NCBI GenBank assembly: GCA_965215005.1
Contig: CBDCCZ010000058.1
Location: 32,001 to 96,000, forward strand
Source: Kofleriaceae bacterium
GTDB taxonomy: Bacteria > Myxococcota_A > Polyangia > Haliangiales > Haliangiaceae
Direction of reading: 5' to 3'
Length of the DNA: 64,000 nucleotides
A program made the translations under genes and the position numbers. Positions within the stretch are counted from its first letter, which is position 1. Every line of letters starts with the position of its first letter. Below are positions 56,106-64,000 of this stretch, in pieces. The notes under the pieces are model-generated. The model saw nothing but the letters and a program-made list of their open reading frames with translations. It searched no databases and was not told where the DNA came from.

Positions 56106-59100
56106 CTACTGCGAGCGCAGCCAGAGCGCGCGCCGCACGCTTCGCTGAAACACCAGCTCGGCGCCGGTTCCGCTGGGATCGAGCCCCGTCGGGGTCTGCC
56201 GCTCGGCGAGTGAGCCGCTGGCGGTGTGGACGGTTCCTGCCTGCGGATCGACATCGAGGCCACCGGCGCCGCCCTGCAGCTCCACGGCAGCGCCGAGCTG
56301 GCTGCCGTCGGAGAGCGAGTAGCGGGTAAGTCGCCCCGCGGAGGGGCCATAGCCAACCACGTTGATATCCTCGCTGGCGGTGACGATGAACAGCTCGCCA
56401 CCGACGATCACCGCCTGCGAGAACGCTCGCTGGCCGATACCGAGATCGATCGCGAATCCGCCGTTGGCCGCGGCGGTGGCTTCCGAGAGCGGCGCGCTCG
56501 CCACGTCACGAAGCGGAAATGCGACCGCATATTGATTGACGTCCGAGGGCGACCACGTGGTGGGGTTGCGGTCGGCGTAGCCACCGGTCACCGCGACCGC
56601 AAACGGCTGCAGGCTCAAGGCATCGACGTAGATGGACACCGGGGCGCCGATGGGGCGGAAGTCGGTGGTGAGCCGCAGCAGCGGGTCGCTGCCGTAGCGG
56701 TTGACGCCATCGATGGCGCGCAACATCCAGACGTCGCCATACAGGGTGGGAACGAGGATGTCGGTGAGCTCCCCTGCCCCTTCGAGGTCGACGCCGGTGA
56801 CGCCGGCCGGGATGCCGGAATCGGGAACCACCGGATTGCCGGCACTGCGCGGCGCCGGATAGAGCTGGCCGAAGTCCCAGACGCGCTGGCCGGTGAGGGT
56901 GTCGAGGGCGACCACGTAAATGCCGCTGCCGGGATCGGTGCCACCGTTGTTCGTCGCTGCGACGGTGAGCTGGCGGACGCCGCCGGGGCCGTATGCGGGC
57001 CCCATGGCCAGGCCGATGCCAACGCCCAAATCGATGGCGCCGCGCGTCGCTGGAGCCGTGTACTCCCACAGCACCTGCGGATTGGCGGGGCTCGATACAT
57101 CGAGCGCGTAGACGCCCGGCGCAGCGGCGGCGTTGGCGGGATCGCCGCTGCCGGTCTGAAACGTCAACACGGTGCGCCACTCACGCCGTCCCGTGCCGTT
57201 GAAGTCGCCAAACACGTCGGTGACCCGCGGCGAGCCATCGAGGCGCTGCTCGTTGAGGCGCAACAGCGGCAGCTGGGTTCGCGGCACGTAGGCCCACAGC
57301 TCCACGCCGGCCGCGGGGCACGGGCCGCCGGCCTCGGCGCAGATGGCGTGGAGCATGCCGTCCAGGGCCCCCACGTAGATCATGGTCGGGCGCTCGCCGC
57401 CGAGCATCGGACTGGCTTCGACCACGGCCATGGTCGAGCGGTCGATGCCGCCGAGCGTGGCGACGTAGGCGCCGCCGTCCTGGCGACCCGCGAGCACCCG
57501 GGCAATCAGGGTATCGATTTCGTCGGGGCTGAGAGCCGCGCCGAGCAGCGGGCCGAGCGCGTCGCGGCTACTCGTTGCCACCGCCACGCGCGCGGGTCTG
57601 GCGCCGCTGGCAACGGTGGTAAAGACGGTGCGGCAGCCGCCATCGAAACCCGGGGCGCAGCCATCGGGCGCTGCCACGGGGATGCCGTCTGCGGCATTGA
57701 AAAGCAGCGGCGCGGCTTTGAGGTCGGTGGCGCCGTCTGCGAGCGTGGCGGTCGATACCGCCCGCAGGTGCCCTGCCACGTGCGGAAACACGAACGTATC
57801 GTCATCGGCGCTGCCGCTATAGGTCGGCGCCGCGGCGGCCATCGCGGCAACTTCAAAGGAGCCCTGCAGCTGCGCCGTCTCGCCAGCGATCACCGCCAAC
57901 ACGGGCGCGGAGCGGGACGCCTCTGCAACGTCGGCGTCAGGGCCGTCGTCAATCGGCGCGCTCACCAGCACCGTGTTGAGCAGCACGCGCAGTCCCGCCG
58001 CGGAGTCCTTGCGCCACGGCGAGCCGCCCACGTAGTAGACGATGCCTTTGCTGGGATCGTTGTCCTTGTGCCGCCACGTTGCAAAATCCCAGTCGTCTTG
58101 GCTCGAGTTGCTTTGATGATCGGTGAAGATCATCCGCCGCACGCCGGGCAGATAGCTGCGGTCGTCGCGCGGGCGCCAGTTGAACGTGCTGCCGCCGATA
58201 CCGGTCCAGAAGAGGCCGCCAAACTGCGCGGCTGGATCGGAGAAGTCATCGCTCACCGTGCGCTCGTCACCGCTGCCGCGATCCCAGGTGTCGTCGGTGC
58301 CGTTGATAAGAAGGCCATCGCTTGCTTGCAAGGCGGCGGTGGGCGCCGTCACTGGCACGTAACTGCTCGACCAGCTGCCGTAGCCTTCCAACGCGGCGAT
58401 GGCAGCGTCCTGAGCGAGCACGTGACCGCCACCGTCGGCGAACGCGGTGAGCTGGTCGAGAAACTGCTGTTGGCGTGGGGTGGGCGCGCCCGGAAGTGCA
58501 AACGGCGGCAGCCAGGCGAGTGTGAAGGCCTCGTTCTGCAAGCGGCCGCTTAACACCTCGGCAATGGTGATCCGCTCGTAGAGGGTGCCGTTGAGATCGG
58601 CCATGAGCGCTTCTTCGAGAGACGCCATGAGCTCGCTCGTCTGCGGGTTCTGCAGCCCGGTAGCCGGGTCATCGACATCGACCACGGCAAGCTTGGGAAG
58701 CGCGCTGATGGTCTTGTAGATCGGCGCCTGAAACGGCACTTGAGCGACGTGAAAGTCGACCTCGTCGTAGCAGCTGCCCAGCGCGCACTGGCTCATCCCG
58801 GCGATGAGCGACTTGGCAGCTGCGGCATCGGCAGCGGCAATGATGAACGGCGCGCCGCGATAGGAGGTCTGGGTGATGCCGGCGTAGCGATTCTCGCTGG
58901 TGCCGGTCTGACTCATCCAGGTCACCGGGCCGCCGCCAGCACGAACGAGCGAGACGTCGATGTCGTTCCAGCTGGTTTTGTTGTGACGAATCGACCAGTG
59001 CACCGGGATGCCGGCGGCGACCAACCGAAACACCAACGAGTACGCCGGAATGAGGCCCTGGTCGGCTTGATTGGTGCCGTTGCACGCCGCTCCGGCCGGA

Positions 59101-59354
59101 TCGCCACCGATGATGGTGGAGAGCTGCGCGGTGTCCACGAAGCTCGGCCGCTGATAGCAGCCGTCCATGGGGATGATGATCGAACCGGGCTCGAAGTCGA
59201 CGAGCCCCGTCTCTCCCAGCGGTGCCGGTGGGCTCGGGTTCCACGGCGCCGGAACCGACGGGGGGCTGGGGTCGCCTTGCGCCGCCAGCACCAGGGGCGA
59301 CACCAACGCGAGCATCGTCAACATCACAGCAGGGCGAGAGCGACGAGCCGGCAT
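56106..59354 (-). CDS. Orphan PilY1/PilC-like protein with uncharacterised N-terminal domain
   Basis: Signal peptide; LGGIDRST, IYVGALDGMLHAI, GVELWAYVP, LDGSPRVTDV, YALDVSSPANPQVLWE. Confidence 0.8.
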   Translation of the reverse strand: MPARRSRPAVMLTMLALVSPLVLAAQGDPSPPSVPAPWNPSPPAPLGETGLVDFEPGSIIIPMDGCYQRPSFVDTAQLSTIIGGDPAGAACNGTNQADQGLIPAYSLVFRLVAAGIPVHWSIRHNKTSWNDIDVSLVRAGGGPVTWMSQTGTSENRYAGITQTSYRGAPFIIAAADAAAAKSLIAGMSQCALGSCYDEVDFHVAQVPFQAPIYKTISALPKLAVVDVDDPATGLQNPQTSELMASLEEALMADLNGTLYERITIAEVLSGRLQNEAFTLAWLPPFALPGAPTPRQQQFLDQLTAFADGGGHVLAQDAAIAALEGYGSWSSSYVPVTAPTAALQASDGLLINGTDDTWDRGSGDERTVSDDFSDPAAQFGGLFWTGIGGSTFNWRPRDDRSYLPGVRRMIFTDHQSNSSQDDWDFATWRHKDNDPSKGIVYYVGGSPWRKDSAAGLRVLLNTVLVSAPIDDGPDADVAEASRSAPVLAVIAGETAQLQGSFEVAAMAAAAPTYSGSADDDTFVFPHVAGHLRAVSTATLADGATDLKAAPLLFNAADGIPVAAPDGCAPGFDGGCRTVFTTVASGARPARVAVATSSRDALGPLLGAALSPDEIDTLIARVLAGRQDGGAYVATLGGIDRSTMAVVEASPMLGGERPTMIYVGALDGMLHAICAEAGGPCPAAGVELWAYVPRTQLPLLRLNEQRLDGSPRVTDVFGDFNGTGRREWRTVLTFQTGSGDPANAAAAPGVYALDVSSPANPQVLWEYTAPATRGAIDLGVGIGLAMGPAYGPGGVRQLTVAATNNGGTDPGSGIYVVALDTLTGQRVWDFGQLYPAPRSAGNPVVPDSGIPAGVTGVDLEGAGELTDILVPTLYGDVWMLRAIDGVNRYGSDPLLRLTTDFRPIGAPVSIYVDALSLQPFAVAVTGGYADRNPTTWSPSDVNQYAVAFPLRDVASAPLSEATAAANGGFAIDLGIGQRAFSQAVIVGGELFIVTASEDINVVGYGPSAGRLTRYSLSDGSQLGAAVELQGGAGGLDVDPQAGTVHTASGSLAERQTPTGLDPSGTGAELVFQRSVRRALWLRSQ

Positions 59355-59401
59355 AGCGAGCAGTATGCGGCTCGAGACCTGGAAAAGGAATGTAGGGGTT
59401 G

Positions 59402-60337
59402 CTAGCGGGCCCGCGCCAATAACGGCGCTAGAGCGCTCCGCGAGGCGTACACAGGGGGGCGATCGCGGGCGACGGCGGCGATCTCATCACATAGCGTTGG
59501 CCACAGCGCCTCGGGCAGATAATGGCCAACGCCGGGCAGCAAGCGAAACCGGGCGCCGGGAATCGCCCAGGCGGTGAGGCGGCCACCAAGCGGCACCACC
59601 AGCGGATCGCGGCCGCCGTGGAGCACCAGCGACGGCACCCTCACCTCCCCTAGCGCTCGGCGGCGGCTGGGCGCGGTGACGGTGGCGGCGAGCTGCCGCA
59701 CAAAGCCTCGCGGATACGTGCCGCGCTCCCACGCGAGCGCCGCGTGATGCCGCGAGCGGGCGATGTCGGCGGCGGCCGGCGGCGGTCCGGCGAGTGCGCG
59801 CAGGGTGCGCTCGGCGCGATCCATGGCCTGATCGCGATCCTTGGGAGCCGGGGCCAGCAGTGCGCGCAGCGCTCGCGGCCGCGTCAGCCACTGCACCGGC
59901 CGAGCGCCCGAGCTCGACATGATCGAGGTGAGCGAGCGAACCCGGCTGGGGTGATCGATGACGACCTGCTGCGCGATCATCCCGCCCATCGAGGCGCCGA
60001 CCAGGTGCGCCGCGTCGAGCTCGAGAGCATCCATGAGGTCGATGACATCGGATGCCATGTCACCAACGCCGTACGGCATGTCGACGGGCAAGCCGATCAA
60101 CGCGCGGGCTAGCAGCGGGCCGATGCGCGGCACCGGCAGCGAATCGAGCTTCTCGGATTGCCCGACGTCGCGGTTGTCGAAGCGAATGACGCGAAAGCCG
60201 CGGCGCGCGAGCAGCTGACAGAACAGCGGATCCCACGCGACCATCTGCGCGCCCAGGCCCATGATCAGGAGCAGCGGCTCGCCGGTGCCAACGCTGTCGT
60301 AGCAAAGAGTCAGGTTGCGGGTGGATATCAGCGGCAT
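59402..60337 (-). CDS. Alpha/beta hydrolase
   Basis: LLIMGLG, FDNRDVG, GASMGG nucleophile, HGGRDPLV, GVGH. Confidence 0.95.
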   Translation of the reverse strand: MPLISTRNLTLCYDSVGTGEPLLLIMGLGAQMVAWDPLFCQLLARRGFRVIRFDNRDVGQSEKLDSLPVPRIGPLLARALIGLPVDMPYGVGDMASDVIDLMDALELDAAHLVGASMGGMIAQQVVIDHPSRVRSLTSIMSSSGARPVQWLTRPRALRALLAPAPKDRDQAMDRAERTLRALAGPPPAAADIARSRHHAALAWERGTYPRGFVRQLAATVTAPSRRRALGEVRVPSLVLHGGRDPLVVPLGGRLTAWAIPGARFRLLPGVGHYLPEALWPTLCDEIAAVARDRPPVYASRSALAPLLARAR

Positions 60338-60356
60338 AGCGGGCTCTCTGAGTGGA

Positions 60357-62287
60357 TCACGGCGCCGTTGGCTCGAGCAGCGCCGCGGCGCGCAGCATCG
60401 CCGAGCCAACGTGCTGGACGTAGTCGATGCGCACGGTGCGATCGACCGGAGTGGCGGGAACCGCGCCTTCGGCATGCGCGGCGCGGGCGGTGGCAAAGGC
60501 GCTGCTCGGGCGTATCTGTTGGGCGAGAACGAAGCCGAGCGCCGCGCGGATCTGCGCGAGCAGCGCCGGGCTCGCCACGCCGTGGTGCTTCTCGAGAAGA
60601 TAGGTGGAAATCATCGCTTCGGTGCGCGAGCCGGCGGGGGTGGTGTGCGGCACCAGAAACGGCGTGAAGCCATAGGCGCCAATCCAGTCGTCGGGCGCGC
60701 CAAAGGCGCCGGGCACGCGCTGCTGCTCGCGCAAGAACGCCGCGTAGTGGCTGCAGAAGCGCTGGTACGCGGGTTTCTTCACCGCGGGATAGATGGCTTC
60801 CGCGGCGATGCAGGTCCAGTGTTCTTCGTGAAAGAAGTAGCCGCCGAGGAAGAAGTCATACCAGCCGACGAGCCAATCGAGCGCCCGCTCGGCGGCGGCG
60901 GCGTAGCGCTCTTGCTTGGTCACCGCGTGCAGTCGCGCCAGTGCTAGCGCCGCTTCGCCGGAGTAGTAGAGGAGCTCGGCCTCGGCATCGCGGGCGCCGC
61001 TGCCGAGGTCATAGCGATGCGTAAACGAGCCATCCGCGCGCTGCATGAAGAGCAGCCATTCGCCGAGCGCTTGCGCCAGCGGTAGGTATCGCGCATCGCC
61101 GGTGGCGCGCTGATATTCCACCAGCGCGACCACGGTGAGCGCGGTGGCGCCGAGACCGGCCGAGGTTTGACCTTGGTCGACCACGCATTGGAACGGGGCG
61201 CCGGTGGCGGAGGTGCCGCTGCAGCCGCCTATGTCGATGAGCTCCTCGAGATGCGCGAAGGCGCGCTCGATCGGCTCGCGCAGCCATGGCTCCGCGGTTA
61301 GACGATAGGCTTCGGCGAGGAAATAGGTGGTGCCGGCGTGGCGCGGAATGCTGTACGGACCGCTGGTGGGATTGGAGCCGCGGCCGCTGGTGAGGTCGCG
61401 CTGATAGACATAGCGACCGCTCGCGGTTAGCTGGGCAACCAGATAGCGAGCGCCGGCCAGCGCGCCGGCGACAAGGTTGGCAGCAGTTGGCTCGGGCCCC
61501 GGCGGCAGGCCGCGGGTGAGCGGCAGCGGCGCGCCGGCGGGCGCTTCGACGAAGCTATCGACGCGAAAGCGAAACAGACGCCGCCTTGCGGTTCCCCACG
61601 CACCGGCGGGCAGCGCCGCTTCGGCAGCCAGCGTCATGTCGGCAGCCTCGGCATCGAAGCCCATCTGCAGATCCGGCACCAGCGCCAGCGGCTGCGCTTT
61701 GGTGAGGAGGCCGGCGCGGATTAAGTCGTCCGGCAACAGGAAGTACTCGATGGCGTCGCCGTCCGCTGTGCCGGCCTCGGGGGGCCTGCAGCGCTCGGCA
61801 GCTCGGTGAGGTGAACACCGACGCCGTCGAGGCCGGGATTGACGGCCAAGGCGGTGACCAGCGGGTGGACGCGCGGCAGCGGGCCGCGTGCGACCACAAG
61901 GTCGAGCTGCACGCGGGCTTGGGCGCGGGTGCGGCGGCTGAGCCGGGTGAGCCGCGGATCGACTGCCAGCTTCTCGGCCGCGGCAACGATGGCCTCGGCG
62001 ATGGAAGCGCCGTAGCCAATAGCGCGCACCTGCACCGCCCCCGCGTGCCACACGGTGACAACCGCGGGGCCGCCGCCTGGAAGTGCGCGCGAGAGCTCGG
62101 GGTGCGCGGGCGGCGTCATCGGACGCTCATCGAGCACCGCGCGCAGTGGCGCCATCGCCGCCGCGCGCGCGGCGGCCGAGAGTCGCGGCGGCACCTCGAG
62201 ATGCACGTGGTGATACGCGGCGGCGGCGACCATGGCGAAAACGGCGCTGGGAAGGCTCCACAGCGCCACCCGGCGCCACCACCTCAC
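60357..62287 (-). pseudogene. Frameshifted gene: AMMECR1-like N-terminus plus alpha/alpha-toroid C-terminal domain
   Basis: N-part (VRWWRR...NPGLDGVG) and C-part (EYFLLPDD...PRHAG...YYSGEAALAL...RIDYVQH) are in different frames and join if the G6 run at 61779-61784 were G7. Confidence 0.7.
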
Positions 62288-62724
62288 GTGCAGGGCGCTC
62301 CGAATGCGCGCCGGCCGGCGGTGGTTCGCAGGTACTTGAGCTGAAACAGCGGCAACAAGGCGACCAGCTCGATGACGAGGGCGGCGATCACCAGGCTGAG
62401 TAGCGACGCGGCGCGGCCGAGGCCGCCGTACACCCCCGCCAAGAACCCCGCCGAGGCGAGCAGCATGATGAGCAGCGCGAGCGCCACCAGCAGCGAGACG
62501 CCGCAGCCGAGGGACGCCAGCCACCACCCTCGAAGGCCGCCGAGCAGCATGCCCGCAGCCATGCCGCCGGTGGACAGGATCAACGCGCAAAACAAGACCT
62601 GCCCGAGGCCATGGCGGTCGCTAGGCAGGTTGAGGAGCAGGCCCAGGTACACCAGCGCGAAGACGAGATCCAACGCGGCGTAGACGCGCGGCCGGGCATC
62701 GGGCGGAGCGGCAGGGCGGGCCAT
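62284..62724 (-). CDS. Four-TM hypothetical membrane protein
   Basis: Hydrophobic helices, GVYGGLG motif; GTGA overlap with the downstream gene. Confidence 0.8.
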   Translation of the reverse strand: MARPAAPPDARPRVYAALDLVFALVYLGLLLNLPSDRHGLGQVLFCALILSTGGMAAGMLLGGLRGWWLASLGCGVSLLVALALLIMLLASAGFLAGVYGGLGRAASLLSLVIAALVIELVALLPLFQLKYLRTTAGRRAFGAPCT

Positions 62725-62849
62725 GGCGCCCGAGTGGTAGCACATCCGCTCGCGACTCCGCCGCGGGATTGCTGACGCGGGCTGCGCCGCCTGGTGAGGA
62801 GCGAGGTTTTGTGCGGTCAACCGCCCTGCCCTCTGATACGCTGACCGGT

Positions 62850-63218
62850 ATGTCGAAGTTTGACGCCAAGGGAGCGCCGCTGGTACGCGAGGTTCTGCGG
62901 CCGTATCGGGCCCGTAGCGGGGTCGGTGTCATCGTCGTCGCTGCGTCAGCTATGTTCTTTGCGGTCGGCTCCTCGGCGCTGATCGTGCACGCGCGTATGA
63001 GCTCTGATAATGGCGGCTGCCCGGCGCGAGCGCTGCCGGCGGCGCAGAGCTGGCAAGCGGCGCCGAGCCCCGATGAGTGCGGGCGAGCCAGCTTCGTCGC
63101 CAACGAAGATGGCAGCGAGACGGTCTATTTCCGCGCCTGTGAGCCAGCGCAGACGATGCGCGCTCCCCAGGCGCAAGCGCTCGACGGCTACGACGTCATC
63201 GAAGTCGAGATTCGCTGA
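62850..63218 (+). CDS. Hypothetical single-pass membrane protein
   Basis: TM GVGVIVVAASAMFFAVGSSALIV; -10-like TACGCT 7 nt upstream. Confidence 0.65.
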   Translation: MSKFDAKGAPLVREVLRPYRARSGVGVIVVAASAMFFAVGSSALIVHARMSSDNGGCPARALPAAQSWQAAPSPDECGRASFVANEDGSETVYFRACEPAQTMRAPQAQALDGYDVIEVEIR

Positions 63219-63253
63219 GCGCCTTCCCCGGCCCGGGGGTTAGCACGACCGCG

Positions 63254-64000
63254 TTAGCACGGCGGCCGTGCCGAGGTGTCGACGGGCGCCGGGCTCGGCA
63301 GGATCTGCCGCAGGTACTCGTACTCCTCGGTGCAAAACCGGCCGGGCGGCGCGCCACCGAGCTCGGCCCGCTCACGGAACGGGCGAGCGCCGCCGGCGTC
63401 CATCAGCCGCCCCGGCGCGTCTCCGCGGTTGTGAAAGCCCTCGCCGTGCGGGTTGGCGAGCCCGAGAGAGTGGCCAATTTCGTGGCTCACGGTGGTGCCG
63501 ATGAGCGCGCCCAGCGCGTGCACGGCGCAGGCGATTTGGGTCGAGCGGTCGGTGGCCGGACACGCTGCGCCGCCGGCGACCGACGGCAGCCCCGCGGTCA
63601 AGTCGCGCGCCGCCACGCGCTCGCCGCCGCGGTCGGGGCGGAACGGGTCGAAGATCTCGTCGAACAAGCCGTCAGCGCCGGGCAGCGGTTGCGCATAGGC
63701 GCCGGGGTCGAGCGAGAAGCCAAACATCGACTCGATGAACACCCCGCCGTAGCCGGGAAATCCGTCTTCCTGGGTCTGCGCGTTGACCCCGCCGATGCGG
63801 TCGTAGAGGCGCTCGTTGCCGTTGTCCTTGCCGGGCGTGTTGTCGTAGCCAAACAGCCCGAGGCCGTTGGGATCGGGGCCAGAGATCTGGACCTCGCTAT
63901 ACAGCGCGTAGTCGTCGGGGCGGGTGAGGCGAACCTCGAGGTTGACGGTGGCATACGCGGCAGCCACGACGCTGGCGACGCGCTCGCGGATGAAGGCGTC
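63254..64000 (-). CDS. C-terminal part of a zincin-like metalloprotease-domain protein (start outside window)
   Basis: HEIGHSLGL zinc motif followed by LMDAG Met-turn-like motif; open frame to the window end. Confidence 0.7.
   Translation of the reverse strand, partial: DAFIRERVASVVAAAYATVNLEVRLTRPDDYALYSEVQISGPDPNGLGLFGYDNTPGKDNGNERLYDRIGGVNAQTQEDGFPGYGGVFIESMFGFSLDPGAYAQPLPGADGLFDEIFDPFRPDRGGERVAARDLTAGLPSVAGGAACPATDRSTQIACAVHALGALIGTTVSHEIGHSLGLANPHGEGFHNRGDAPGRLMDAGGARPFRERAELGGAPPGRFCTEEYEYLRQILPSPAPVDTSARPPC

Overview
High-GC chromosomal window, most likely from a myxobacterium (Myxococcota). This assignment is inferred from the PilZ, PilY1/minor pilin, Ser/Thr kinase-FHA-sigma54 and extra DnaK gene content. 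It holds about 50 CDS and three tRNAs (Arg-CCT, Pro-GGG, Val-GAC). There is a housekeeping block (tRNA-Val, thrS, rpmI, rplT, pheS, pheT, ihfA, MerR-like, tRNA-Pro, surE, apt) that lacks infC. Other contents are a type IV pilus priming cluster (pilX-pilY1-pilV-pilW-fimU), a second orphan PilY1-like gene, several signalling genes, a TonB-dependent receptor, a decayed IS3 remnant and one frameshifted gene. Two candidates for undescribed systems stand out. (1) A two-gene operon pairs a POTRA-less Omp85 barrel with an exported lipoprotein that keeps the catalytic motifs of an atypical protein-kinase fold. (2) A lid-less DnaK is co-encoded with a J-domain/TPR protein, and both partners of the canonical DnaJ-D35/DnaK-R167 contact have become Ala (HPD->HPA; VKRIINE->VRAILNE), suggesting a private chaperone pair. 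All family calls come from reading motifs by eye; no database searches were run.
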